Of a DNA stretch of 64,000 bases, positions 39,401 to 54,400 are shown in pieces. This DNA comes from Phoronis australis (lineage: Eukaryota; Animalia; Phoronida). The stretch lies in NCBI GenBank assembly GCA_002633005.1, contig NMRA01000029.1, positions 1,531,796 to 1,595,795 of the forward strand. The letters are read 5' to 3'. The notes under the pieces are model-generated. The model was not told where the DNA came from, did not search any database, and saw only the letters and a program-made list of their open reading frames with translations. The position numbers and the translations under genes were made by a program. Position 1 is the first letter of the stretch; every line of letters starts with the position of its first letter.

Positions 39401-42400
39401 AATTTTAAAATTCAACCTGGTCCAGATTGATATTTGAAAAATGTAACACATGAAATAGAAGTAATTATTAAAACCAAGACAGCAGAATTGATGGTAACAT
39501 AATTTGTATTTTCAATTGCTAGCCTGTTTTTTTATGAATAAAAATATATATTTAATAAATCAATCATTCTTTAAGATTAATGACAAATCAACTGTTAGTC
39601 CCGGTAGTGCCTACCTCACCAGGACCTAGGCTATGCTTGAAGCTAATACTCTTGATCAACAAATTAAACCAGATGTGACTAATTGCACATGACAGCAAAA
39701 TGCGATGAGCCACCACTGTCAACAATACGACCAGATGACCTGGTTCGTGTGGAAAGCATTTTATCAAGAATTTATAAGAAGAAACGTAACCCTGCATTCA
39801 GCATGATACCTAATCCGTAACACTACAATCGCCGCAATTTGGTCGTATTTACCTAGTTTTCCGAAAAAACTTATATCCTTTCGTCAAACAACTCTTAGGT
39901 ACATTGACTTGTTTTGTAATGTATTTTTTACGTCTCTGTGTTTAATTATTGGCACATTTTTAAGATTTAATATTCAGGTTGGACTCCAAAGACCGGCCAT
40001 TTAACTCACGCAATGTTAACTTCCGTTTTGTTTATCGCAGTGAGCCTCGCTTTGGATTTTAATGTCCGCCGCGTGAATTAGGTCTATACAAAATATACCT
40101 AATAGCTAAGATCTTCCTGAAAAGGCACGGACTTTGGAATACCGCAGTGATTTCTGGCAGATAAGCGTAATGTTTTGGGGCTGTCGTGATCAGTCGTCAA
40201 TGGAAAGTAATTATTGGGGTGAAATACAATAAATGGCTACTAGTGATGAAGATATTACAATTGCAGTCACGCGGGTATTAAAGTTAGCTAAACACTTTCA
40301 TGTTACGAAAGGCCATTCTTTGCAATAAATTTTAGTCATCTTTTGAAGTATGTCACAAAAGAAGCTCAGTTCTTGTACAAACTGATGATACACTAGGAAG
40401 AAAAACAGCCTTATACACACGAAAAACCTACCCGAGTGAGCGGCTCAATTTTCTCCAAAAGAAGCCTATTCTCAGCCAAGGAGTAGCGAGCGTCCCCTGT
40501 AATTGCGTCAACTGGCCCCTTTTGTATCTGATGCTTCACAGACATGAACATGATGAACAAGGCCTGACCAGAGGACCCCTACAGGAGAGCAGTTAGAAAA
40601 ATTCACAGTAGCCGCTACCGAACGTCACACATTCTGGACTCATAGGGCCTGTTTCGTGGAAACAGACTTAAAAAGACACCCACCAAAATGTTTTAACTTA
40701 TTAATAATTAAAAATGAGATTCTCATTCAGTTTTCTGAAAGAACAAACAGCTTTATAAGCCTCGACTACCTTAAGGTGTTTCGAGCAAAATTTGAAAATT
40801 CCTAACAAAGTCTGCTAAACGGGCAAGTGTGACCTACGATTTATGTGAGTTACACAACAACCGTAGGGAAAAGCCACACGCCAAGAACCATATTACATTA
40901 TCTTTGATACAGAGGCTATGAGTTTTCAGCGGAATCCTGCTTTTGTCCCTCAATTGGGACGCCAATGATGCATTTGCAGATGGCAGAACGAGTATTGGTT
41001 GAAATGAGCAACACAGCGTTAAGACCGGAAATTTGTCAAAATTAGGGATTAGTTAGGAAAATTGACGACATTTCAGAAAAAAATAAAACGTTTCGAGAAC
41101 ACAATGTCGGATTTTGGTCTTCGGTCTTTACCTTAATATCGACTTAAAAGTCGAATTTTTGACATGTGTTGCAGACTAAGCTTTCGCCACCTGTTGGGAA
41201 TTCATAAACCCAAGCGAGTTAGTGTGTAAAATACTGTTTCAAGAATTATCTTGCTATTGGAATTCTAAGTTGAGTTTTATTCACAAAATTTTGGATACAG
41301 TTGGGATTTCGTTTTCCTGGATGGGAAACATCATTATTTTCACCTGTACCGGTAATTCGCATAGCGTTGTCTCTACATATTTTGCCGGTTCTTGAGTCGA
41401 AAGCAGACGACCTTAAATTTGACATCGTTTAGCGGCATTAAATTGTGAAAGTGTTAACAATTTACATTGATAATATGTCTAAATGTTGGTGGTTTAGACC
41501 AAAAGAGCAATAAGCATGAAAGCTTATTTGGTTTAGACTGATTTTTGGTAATACATGCAAACTTCAGCAATTCATAAAACGGTGCTAATACGATGAAAAC
41601 GTCTTTCCTGAATTTTTATCTTTGGTTTTAATTTAACCCGATTTTCTCTCTCAGACAAGTTGCTGGTCTTAAGTCGTAAGTCTTAAATATGTTTTCTTGA
41701 TCGATACATTGTAATAACGAATCAAAAGTAAATACATCTAAATATGCTCTTATCCTGACTTATCACATTTTCAAAATAGTGCAGAATAATAGAGTTAGTT
41801 AAGTGTCTGAGCTTCTGACGTCTAATCTGAAACGTAAAACTAAGGTACCTGAAGACAGATATCAAAAACATAAATTAAGAATCTGATAGTTTAAGAAATA
41901 GTTTTATTCTAAGTGAGTTGCATGATGAATAATGTAACGTAAATTTCTGCTCATCTTAGACTGTTTTAGTTACACATGTATATATAACTCTTCTGCCACA
42001 TGAGTAGGTAGGTAGTTTGTTTAGTTGCTTCAAGAGTAGGTCTACATGTCATTAGATTTATATTTGTCAGAAGAAATCAGTTCAAGTTTCAATGATGATG
42101 TACATGTGTACATTATGTGACCGAGGTCTTGGAAAATTGTTGGAGTTTTGTTAAATCGGTTACTTGTTAAGTATCCCATTTTTTAGTTTCAGACCTTGTG
42201 CATTGTGACAAACATCAAAATGCAACTTGCCAGTCTATATACATGTATGGCAAGACAACTGAACAGCCATTATTTTGATTTCGCTGCAGCGAAAGTCAAT
42301 ATCGTGACGACCTGAAAAAATCCACCAAATTGCCGGTAAGATCGTCTACTCGCTTTACCATTCTTCTAACAAGTTATTCAGTTGACGTTGTCAAACGAAC

Positions 42401-45400
42401 TATTATTTATATACGAGACACCTATTCGATTCTACAAAACAATAATACAAGTCAAAAGACAACAAAAGCTCCTTTGGATAAAGCAACACTTACCTGCATA
42501 TACTCGTACATGCATATGGATAACCAGTGGGTCAACATCTTTTCCACCACTGACTCCGTCCGTCGTAGTAACAGTTTGGCGCGCTTCTGCTCAACACATC
42601 GTTCAATCAGCTCCCCCAGCAAAGTCTTCAATATCTCTGTAGCGTACTCCATTTGATCCGTCAGAAGGACCATCAAAAGTGAAGCGACATTAGCTTTGTC
42701 TCTGACACCGAACGTTTTCTGTTCTTCTAGCGTCCTTACCAATTTGAGTAGAAAATGCTTGTTCAGAAGTAGCTGACCAAATTGGTCCATGCCACGGCAG
42801 TTGGTTGGGTCTTCATCCTAAAATTGATAGGAATGGCTAAGCATATGCAGGTCTTATCATCTGAAATATTTCTTGGATGGGGGTATTATATGATATTATA
42901 TGATCATGCCTAAATTTTCTGCAACCATGTATGGAAACGAGAAGGGGGAGGAAATGTTACCACAAGCGCGCGGTCACAGAAGTTCAGCTGCAGCTCAAAC
43001 TGTGAGAAGAAAAATGGTGCAAGGGATTGTTCTAAGACACCCACAACCCTCTCGCCGCACGACCCCCTTAACCCACGACCCCCTCTATCCACGAACTACG
43101 ACCCCTCGACCAACGATCCACAATCACGTCGACTTATTTTACGGGCAAGCTCAGCTCAATCGGAACGTAGAACCAGCGCCTACTTGGAGAGCCAACGAGT
43201 TTGGTTATGAGGTCGGGTGGCTTTTTTGTCTGCAATGACGAGATTCGATTTGGTAAGTTTGAAAGCCAAAAATCACAAAATACAATGTGGCTAAATCAAA
43301 CCAAAGACGTACATGTACCAACGTGCAAATCATCTCGTTCCCGGCAGAGTCTAATCGTCGCGTTGGCTCTTCAGTAAATACAGTTTTAAAAAATAAACTG
43401 TTAACTAAAAAGCATATCATGCCTATTAGTAGTATATTGTAAACCAGTACGTGACAGAAAGCAAATGATAAACATGTGGAATTATGTGTATGTATACGCA
43501 TTAACGTACTCTCTCCCTAAGTTTAGAAGAAGAGGGTCATTGGTAGCCATTCGTGAAACAATTATTAACCAACCAGTTAGCTGCATTGAGACTATCGTCA
43601 AAATACAGCTATGCTGGGTGTAGACACCGAAATTTCATCTCGCCATGAAACATATATCCACATGTAAAGCTAACGATCGGCGGAGATGCATGCAAAATTT
43701 GGGCCCTTGCAGACGTTTTTAAGTGAAGAACAATCTAATAAACGTCATCCCCCCTTTGCAACAAAGAAAATCTTTCGTCGTGATGCACGCAACATCTCAT
43801 TAAATTTTGCAACATCTCTCCCGGAATCTTCGCAGTAGCAAAATTTGTAAAATTCGATTTGCTGGTATTAAAACAGGCTACTAAAAACTTGTAACGAAAT
43901 GAAACCAGTTCCGATAATTTGTTGCCACAAGTACGCAACCACGTGGAAGAGAAAAACAGTTGTTCGAGGAATCGGGGGAAACGAAAGTGTTCAATAGGTG
44001 ACGCACTATTTCATGGCGCCGAAAGACGAGATTTTAGAAGCCGACTAATTGTAGAGCGCCAACTTTCATAGTTGGCTCACCACCAATAGGCCGTATCAGT
44101 TTTAGGAGTTGAAATGGCTGCCGAAGGTTGGTGACTGGGTTGATGTTATCTAAGGATTATGTAAATAACATCATTCTGTTCAAAGCAATACTCTCGCTTG
44201 TTCATTTTTTTCATCAGGGGTGAATTCATTTGTGCACGATCAGGGAATAATTCTAGGGAGTTTATGGAAAACTAGCGCAGACAGGAGCCAATGCAGGCAG
44301 GCCGCGAAAAGACAACCAATATCTCCCTGTGTACTGCATTAGTCTTAGCACGCACCTAATACAACGAGGCAATGAAGAATATTCACTGAAGCCACGCTAA
44401 ACTTGTTAATATCTGTCCAAAATAAGTGTTGATTTTGGCCACGTAGCGTTTTGAAACTGGTCTTGCCTTCTCCTTATTCTGATTACGATTGATTTTTGAC
44501 TCAACAAGATCTAACAGTTATTATTTCTTCAGAATGAGATCATACAATGTCAGGTCACGTGACCTGAAATTACATGAACTTGATTTGAAGAAATAACGAC
44601 AGGTCAGTTCGCAAAGCTGTTTCAAAATTAACAATCCTTTTTACCGTGTCAAATTAATCAAAGATTAGCATACGTTTGTCTTTCAACGTTAAATTCAGAT
44701 ATTCAAAATTTCAACGAAACAGTTTTTAACGTGTTATGTCTTAAAATGGACGTTTTTACACTTTTAGCAAACCTATCATTTAGCTGTGAAGACAAAATGT
44801 TGTTTAATCAAAATTTTATAAAACTTCACCTTATTTAAAGCAGGGTGGTCTGAACTTCCAGGAAAGAGTACTTTGTCAATGTATGTTTTGAAGTCGAGGA
44901 ATGGAATTCCAGAAGTCACAAGGTCACTTGTCAAGTCGCTCATGTCTGTCTGGAGCTCTGCGAAGGCTGCAACAAATACGAAACACTATTATGAATAAGC
45001 TGAATACACATTTTGTGAAAAGAGTGATCCAATTCAGATAGTGCCAGTGCGATAAAATCGCAGTCATAAGCAGGCGTTGACGCCACGGGGCAGCAAAATC
45101 TTTCATCTAGGTCGCTAAATTCACCAAAAGTTCAAATCTTGAAGAATGCATCATGATAACGTAGAAACTATAACATTCTCATTATATAATAACTTTTCAC
45201 ACAAACGTTAAGATGCCTTACTTTGAGCTACAACTTCTTTAACCACTATTGCCACGCATAAAGAATTCAGAGCTAGAAATTTACATGCATTCCAGACAGA
45301 AAGATCTACGTTAGATTACCATCGACAAGTTCAATCTCGAAAAGCTGAAAGACACGCTTACTTATCAAGACTAACTTAGATCTACACAAATACAGAGGCA

Positions 45401-48400
45401 GGGATCTCTGCCGCTCCTGGGTTAAACGTCTTACCCTGTCTGCATTCATCTCGGACATTGCTCTCTAGTGTTTCCAATTGTATTTGCATCTTCTTGTAGT
45501 TCCTCTGCTCCTTGTGGGATCTCCGGCGGAAGAACACGACGAGGATGACGATGATGATCATCGGAACTGTTATACCGACCACAATGCCGCCAATGGCTCC
45601 AGGGCTAAGCACATACGTATAGTAACGTACTTTGCCAACTACGAACTTCAGGTTTCCAACACGAATCTGCACATATTTTTACTAACGAGATTAAAGCTGC
45701 TATCAATCCACCTCGTGTCAAAAATAATAAACAAGAACTCGAGATCAAAATCCGATCAGATTTGCATAAATCCACACATTTTTGGAGTTAAAACGGCGTT
45801 ACCGTATAAGCAGTCATTCTGAATGTATAAGCAGTCAAAATAGAAAATTACTGACATCGAAATGCATGAGCGCAATCAGCCTTTAATATGGGGGCTCGGA
45901 TCACTGACAAAGTGGACCTTTTGCTAACAAAAAAGCGGGAGGGATAAAAAACGGGGTACCACCTTCAGGTTTGTAAACTCTGGGTCTGCGCCCTTCTTAG
46001 TGGACTTTTGGTCTTGTTTTCTCGGACTTCTCGTTTCTCTGAGGCGGACCTTTTTACCCACTTCTCCAAGTGGTGGGGCTCGTTTGAGACCCCCCCCCGA
46101 ACCCTCCTGGATGCGCGCATGAAATCGTGACCTTTGTGAGCTTAGTACTTCATAATCTGCACAAATCTTGTAACAAGTTTTGATAAATACAATGTTTGAT
46201 GCATCAAATGATCAGCGGGACAAGCTTGAGTTTTGTCCAGAGCACTGACAAAGTGCCACTGATTTATGACTAGAAATCACATTTAACTTGACCAAGTTTC
46301 TAAAGTTAGTGGTTTAGATGAGACCTAGTCGTTTTTGAAAGTGTAGTGAATTTTAGAACCTTTAAGGACAAGTAATAAGCTATATTAAAAGCTGTTCCGA
46401 ACAGTAAAAGACACCAGAAGTTGTGATTTAGTCTTTCTATTTGAACTCGATATAATTTTTAATATTTTGTATTTGGCACGAATTCGAGGATGCTAGATTA
46501 TATTATGGCTTACGTAAATGAATACCTCATCTTATTTTGCACTTGATTACAAAAGCAGCAAAACTTTAACTTCGAGTCTGGAGTCGAAATCTCGAACCCC
46601 TACTCAAAATCTCAAGTTTTTACTCAGCTTTGTAGCTCGAATATCGGATTCCAGTGCGAATGTGGACTAAACACCATGTTGTTGGTGTAATGGAGCAGAG
46701 AACATTATTTTGAGTAATTATAAAAGGAGAGAGCAGAACATATCATTAAAGGTTAGCGTTCAATTTCAAACAAAGATTAGACCTGCACTCTCTTTTTAAT
46801 CGTTGAATGTTAGGTGTAACACCAGTGTATGTCATACCCTTTTTCTTTGTACAACGACTAATCATGTGTGTACTGTAACAGCTACCGGGGCTTTCCTTAG
46901 ATAAGCCCTCCGCTGATAGGCGTTTATTCTGAAAATTATGCCAAATCCAAACCCATGGGCATTTATTTGGTGCTCCAACGTGTGGTATCAAGCTTCCAGA
47001 CAGTGGGGCGTTTATTTGGAAAATTTCCACTTCAAAGTCCACTCAGCGTCATTTTTGTGACTAATTCAGTTTTGTGGAGCATTTATCATTCATAAAAACG
47101 AACAATACGTTGGCAAACTATGCATATAAAAAAACATAAAAAGTAAGTAAAAAAATGTCAAGTCAAGCAAAACTGGCTTTCCGTTTACACATCCCATTTT
47201 CAGAATAAACGCCCGGGCGTTTAATTGATCTTGCTAAAACGCCTGAAAATTTCCATTTTCCGAATACCCGCCCATGGGCTTACCTACTGAAATTCTCGGT
47301 AGGTTCTGTGATTTTTCGGTTGGTCTACACAAATCAAAACTTGTGTTGGTATCATGTAAAATTATTGTCAAATAGGCCAGACCAACTCTGCAGCACGTAT
47401 GAAATACGCGTCCTTTTTCGTACCGTGACCGTTGGCAACACATCCTTGCTCCATTGACCGTCCTTGTCGATGCCTTGTGGTTGTTTCTCTGGAGCGGTGC
47501 AGACCATTTCCGCTTTTGCCAATGCCGTGACATTACAAATGCCATTTCCAATCGTAACAGTGACTTCGCCTTCAGAGCTGGCCATGTTAAGGTTTTCTCC
47601 CTGAAATAATTTCCGCATATACGGAATTCAAACGTGGATGACTGCAGACGTTTTGCTCTTTGCAGTGACATTATCGGCAAGAATGTTAATTTCCTTAGAT
47701 GAACTCTATCGCAGATGTGAAACTGGGACACTTGCAGTCGCACTCAAGTCCTCTTCTGGCTGAGGTAAATCCCACTTAATAAATGAATATTTGTATAGCT
47801 CTAGTCCTATGCCACAATAAGCACAAAAATGCGTCTTCGACTGTAAAGATGAGAATGTCCCATTAGCTAACAACCTTTCAGAAAAACACTTCTAAGAATA
47901 AAACAAAGTTTAGAAGCATGCAAATATGCCACTGGTTTTATTTCGTCAAATGTAGGAGCCATTACACGGTTTTACACGTGCTCTGTTATACCATGAGGCC
48001 GTCCTTACGAGATTTTTCTGTGAAATCGTTTACCATACATGTATTGTAGGTAAAATCAATATGTACTCAAGTATGCCACTGGCTGATAACTTAGGCTCTT
48101 ACCGTAATAATCAGCTGTGGCTCTTTCAGTTCTTTAATGGTTTCCGTGAAGTTGAAGAACTTAGGGTTGTCGACGAATGTCATGGAAGAGGATACATTAG
48201 GAAAGTTATCCTGCATGTTTCTTACAGCTGTCACGTTGTCCATGATAAATCCAATCTTTAGACTATTACCAGAGGTGTCAGGAGGTACATTTGGAGACGG
48301 GCAAACCATAACAGTGTCACTGTGGTGGCGGCAAGCCTTTTAAGACAAGATACAAGAGGGATAGTCATTGAGTAAGTACAATATTTGGTTTACTGATAAG

Positions 48401-51400
48401 AAAGACATGAGGAGTTGAAAAATACTGGACGTAAGCAACCGTGCATGGGCTTCTGTTTCTCTTTGTCCTCGCAAAAGATAAGTGTTGGAAAAAGCCCTTT
48501 AGCACCATAAAAGTGAACTGAGCACGTTCCATGATCAGAATGGACTAATCGTTCACTTGTAGTTTGGGAAAGAAAAAGTCGAGACCAGTTGAATTTCGTA
48601 AGTCGTTTAAATCATTTGTAAGATTATGAGTTTAAGTCTAAATACTGTACAGGTACCAGCTTTAAATTAGGCTTAAAATCTGTTTTCAAATGAATACCAA
48701 TTGAAAACGACTTAACGTCATCTTTTTTATAATACAAGGTATGGTTGAAAATTGCAATAACAGAAAACAATGATGCCGTTGAGATGTTTGGAGCTCATCA
48801 AATGTAGATTTTAAACACTCGTTAACGCATTCACAATGCATGGCATTTCCACATAAGGTGCATGTAGGTCATAAACCCCCCCTAACTCAGGCCTTCTGAC
48901 ATAACTGTTTCCACGACTTGACGTTTACGGGCTCTTATAATGTACATGTAACTCACCGTTTCCCACAGAAGCCCGTCATCACGTCTAACGAAAAAGATTG
49001 GCTGCTGGATAGACGTGAAATTTGTTCCAGTAACTGTGATTCTCCTGCCTCCCCTGTAATACAAGTGAAATAAAAAGAACATGAGATATTCGAAATGGCT
49101 GCACTAATGTATACCCTGCAATGGGTGGACAAACAAAGAAGAGACTGCACCCTTAAATGCTGCAACCGCATTTCAGAACCGAGCTTCCAGATTCTGTAAA
49201 TTCGACATCTAGAGATCACGTGCTTGGCTGATCTTTCTTGAGGGACCAATTCAAGCCCACATGCCATGATCGCATACCATGCGATTAGCCAAGATTATTC
49301 CACAACCGTTTATTTGTAAAAGTACTACGGAATTCCCAGTTTCTCGAATGCCGTCGCTTTTGACATACAAAATCTTTCTCCGGTCCTTATGATCTCCTTT
49401 CTGGTTCTTGTTGGAAGTTTGAGAGCAGCAAGAGTGTCCCGCGTTTTTAGCGGCATCCACTAATTTCGTCGCGGAGATTTATCTTCGCAGTGGGAAATAT
49501 TAGGAACTAGACGTTGTTACACATCAATTGATATCTCAAACGATTTGCCCTTTTCGTAAGGCATCGGTGCATCATATCGCACAGTAGCGGGAATTGCAGG
49601 TATCACAATAGTAGGACAGGTGTTCAAAGGCTTTTTATACCACTAGGTTGTAACCTCCCGCCCACATTTCATGGTATCTCTAGGTAGCGTTGAACGCCTG
49701 TCCATCAGAGACCTGATCGCCATCTGGCGGCTTAGAGAATTTCAATATGGCGCGACTATTTTGAAAGTCCTCTTTTAAACATTTACACAGGTTACCTTAA
49801 GGACGTTTACTTGAAAAAAAAATGATTAGCTGTAAAGACGTGATCACGGAAAAAATGTTATCTTGAATATCTTTTGTTCAATGATTTCTTTTCTTTGAAA
49901 ATATCATACGTGGTCTTCCTAGAATTTTGTGAAATCGTATACTGGACTGAATAACTTCATTGATAGATTATTAATTATTTAACAACTCAATTACCTCGTA
50001 ACAAATACATTTCGGAGTCATGAATGTATACAGATTATTGTGAGAAAAGTCAGCTTACGTACCCAACAAATGCTCTCAGTGGTGCAAGTGCTGTAATGGT
50101 GGGATCTTCTGTGAAGTTATATGAGAGATTCTTAACCCTCTTGGCTTCATTTTCAAATTCCATTGATATGCTTGCTCTTTCCCCTTGCGTCTCAACACCA
50201 TGTAACAAGCATACGGTCTTGTTGTCTGTCCGCCTAAAATGGCCAAGTTACAAAGCATCACGACAAATAGGACAACAAGATTTTATACTTGCATGTGTAC
50301 ATTTTTACATGTGCATGCATACCCCAAATGCGAAGGATCCTGGATATCACACGTTCTGGCAACTGCATCATCTGAAGGAAACAACTCTAGCGCTCGCGGC
50401 GTCCCTATATCCACTGGGGCTTGCCCTCCATTTTTTGGATCATACTTTTCATACTTAGTAAATATGTAAACGTGTTTGATGATTTTGTTAAAAGTGTGAC
50501 GACCCCTTGTGGCTAAAACCTACCTACGAGATCATCACGCTTCGCCAAGGCTAGCAGAAACAGCGGGTAACTTTCTTCTTGTTTTACAAATTGAATACAT
50601 CAACTGGAATTTAAATACGAAGTCGTATTTTGTTTATATAAAAAGCATATCAAGTTTAAAAAGTCACTTGATTAGCATTTATAATTTTATCTGTACAGAA
50701 AATGCAAAAAATAACCCTATCGACAGGAAACCATGAAAATGGAGCCGAAGGCGGCTTTTCACCTCCAACATTTTCGAAAATTGTTGCATTTAACCGCAGG
50801 AAAGGTTTACTTTGAATTTTAACATTAACATGTCTTTTACACTCATCACTTCAGGCCACATGACGAATTTCTTCGCTCGAAAGATAAACATACCACTAAA
50901 ATATATTATTAACATTTCCTAACTTTCAGCCTGATTTTTGTTCGCGGTGATTTACTCTTAATTTAGATTTTTAAGAAGTTTGGGTTTCTGGGGAAATCTG
51001 ATGTAGAGGCAGTCGAGTGGATATCCATTACGCATGAGCCAGCTGCCACTCACAACTGCGGTCATTTTAGGAGGTGGTGCACCACCAAAAATTCGAATTA
51101 AACGAAACATCAATATCAAAGTGTTTGGTGTTGCTTTAAATGAGCATCACTTAGGCTTACGTTTCGACTGAACTAACTTACGTAAACATTCTTTCATATT
51201 TCTAGGCTAAATGAAGCGAAAGGAGTATTTTTCAGTGAACTTACTCCAATAGCTCACATGACACATTGCTTAGTAAAACTTTATGGTCTTGCCAAGAACC
51301 TGATTCTAGACTCTCGCCGGTTATCGTGATTCGGGTTCCGCCAGATTTTGGTCCACGTTTAGGCGTTACATCGAAAATTTTGGGATCCTGTAAAATGCAT

Positions 51401-54400
51401 TATACATGAGTATATAATTAAATTCAGTAGCAAGTAAATCAACCACGGTACCGATGAATTTTAATCCAACGTCATTAGATGACACACGTACGAATTCCTG
51501 GAATTCATATTGAATTCAAAGTAAATTCACTGCTTGCAAAACTTGGCCATTAAGCTTGAATACGAGGCGTCGTGTCCAAGCTGCAATTCTTCTGCTGAAA
51601 CGAGGAATTTTATACTAAAAATATTGTACAACAATTATTTTTGCAGCACCACCAAAGTTGCAAGAGAAGATTTGCTTGCATTATCACCAGCGTGATAGTT
51701 ATTCTTTTCACGTACAGTTGTAAATGTTTGTATGACTAGTTGGCATGGAACTGGTACTTCAAATAAGTTAAAATTCTAGATCTCACTTTAATAGAAAACC
51801 AATTTTGTTAGTAAGCACACAATCGATTTATTCGGGACATTAAGTTTGAAATGATGACCATTTTACATAGGGTGCATTAATATGAAGATCTAGGTCACCA
51901 GCATATGACGTATATACCGATGCACTGGATAGGGCATAAGGCGTCAGTGTATGGTTGTGTAGCTCCCAAAAGACGAAGAAAATGGGAGGGATTGGTTTCG
52001 ACGTCAGCTTTGTGGACTAAATGGGGCGTGATTGAATCAAATGATAGTCAGTAGTTCCTTGAAGTTATTCTAAGAAAATTGAGTCAAAAATTTGGCCTGA
52101 CGTGCGTTTAGTTACGCCAGGACCTACGTTAGGACATAGCTAAAATCTAGCTAAAGTCACGTGTTCTCAATTTAAATACAAGGCAACATGACACGTAATC
52201 TGGCGAAGTCTTGCTTTTTAGCGAGGTCCTAGCGTTACTGAACTGGAGGCAGTACTCTTGTCTAACTGGATACGGAAGTGCCGCCATTTTGAGAGCACGT
52301 TCTTTTGGAGGGATTCCAGGTACTCTTTCGATAAATGTAAATTGTCAAAAATATGGTTCCTAATGACAAAACCTAAATTTTTTGGAATCTAAACTGAAAG
52401 AGCATTTGGATGATGGTCTCATTTTTTGCACCAGGGCAGTCAGGAAATTGTGATTTTAAGTGAAATAAATGGCCAAAATTGCACTTTTTGGTCATGTCGA
52501 TTTTTTCACAGTGTATGTAGAAACGAAAAAAGACATAGCCATGTTGAATTTTTCCATTTTTGAGAAACCCATGGAGTTTACGTTGTGTTAGTTATACCTT
52601 TTTCCAGGTGTAAACAACATCTATGCAAACAAGGCATTTGATTAACTCAGGTACTTGAAAAGGTCAAAGTTAGTTACTGGTACCGTAGTCTAAGTCATAG
52701 ACAAATACAAATTTTCGGATAAATCGTTCGAACTAATGCTGTATGCTTCGAACAACTTGAGAACTCCAAGTGACAACCAATGATCTCCATAAACTTAGCA
52801 TACCATGTAAAAATGTAATTGTTTCCCAAACTGATTGTACACATGGCAAAAGCTATAACAACTTGACGGTACAAGTGGTACCCTGCGACACGTTTACGTC
52901 TCAGACAGTAGATTTACGCACGTGCATATTCCTGTGTGTGTAGTGTATTTCATTATATATCGGAGTGCTTTTGAGGTTCATATGAGCAAGACCAGTTTGT
53001 CATCAGCACGCGATATGCTTAGCTGTAGTTCATTGTTTCTGGGAATTCAAACGAAAGAATTTGTTAAACTATGTATAGAGTATATAACCTACAGACTCAC
53101 ATGTGGTCATATCACATGACATTGAAATTACAAGTCGGATCGGGGTTTAAAACGGGACTTTCTAACCACACTTGTGTTTTCAAAGACCTCACGTCGATGT
53201 TGTCAGACACTTGTAAATATGAATTTCATCGTATTTTACTAAATTAATCAGTTTAGATGGTTACTGTAGAATCTAGACTATTTGCTCACATGTCGTTACT
53301 TCCTACATGTACATTCTTTACTGACAGATGAAAACAGACCGTGCACTGGAGTCTGCCCTCCACTTTTTCAGCATCATCTTACCTTGTATTCAAAATTGGA
53401 GCTGGAAGTTCCTGTGACACCGTCGACCTCAACCTTGATTTCACCAGCACCAGCACCAGCTTCACGTTTCCCAGCTCGGCATACAATCTCTTTGGAAACA
53501 TCGTACCTCTCGTCTAGGCTTGTACAAGGGACCCCAACCAGAGTTGTTGCATGTTTTACACTCTCTGAGCTGTATCCTAGGTTTTCACCTTTTAGAGTTA
53601 CAATAGAATCTCCCTCCACAGTGGTGTTCAAAGGAAAAACCTAAAGGCAATCAGAATACGACATAATACCGTAGAGAAATGTGAAGCATATCAAAACATA
53701 GAACTGTAGTTCAGGAATGCCAATTCCCGAGCGTAACCAATGTATTTAATTATTATTAAAAGCTTGCGACGCCAAGACAAAGAGCGAGGGTTTACACTGT
53801 AAATTTCCGGTTGTCTAATCTAATTTCTTTACTTCATTTTCGTTTCGTTCCTTTTGCTCACCAGGCGAGTCTCTTGAGCTGCAGTTCCAGGCAACCATCG
53901 ATTTTCAGGCAAAATCTGTGGGCAAACACCACAACTACGTTATACGCACCGACCTTTGCCCCGGTCTTGATGCCGGTAAAACCTGTAGTCTAGCCCCTGA
54001 TATCTTTTTAGATCCAGTCTAAGAACCACATTCGCCAACCTATTAAACTACATGCTAGGACTTTTTCAACAAGGCATTTTTGGGTGTTAAAGTCATGTCA
54101 CTGTATTTTACGGAAACCACTTGTTTGGTTTCTGATTGTTAATACGTAATTTTCCGAAAATATTCATATTTGCATAGTGAAGAGTCTGTGTGNGGGTGGG
54201 GGGGGGGGGGTTCGTGCGTGCATGTGACTTAAAAACAAAAAATAAAATAACGCCGACGGGCGCTTTTGGGAGTTTCATCTCTCGTTCGACAAAGACGCTG
54301 TTAGAACGTTTTTAGAGTGATGAACATTTCACCGTTGCGTTTTGGCATAGACCCACGTGCCAAACTTTCTAAATTTTAAACCAGATTTCGAACGTTGACA

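Noticed and set aside
42900-43238. Pro/Thr-rich 112 aa ORF
   Set aside because: Explained by low-complexity ccacgac repeats in an intron, antisense to plexin 1.
54193-54210. G-run as a possible G-quadruplex
   Set aside because: It abuts an N and is likely a low-quality homopolymer at an assembly break.
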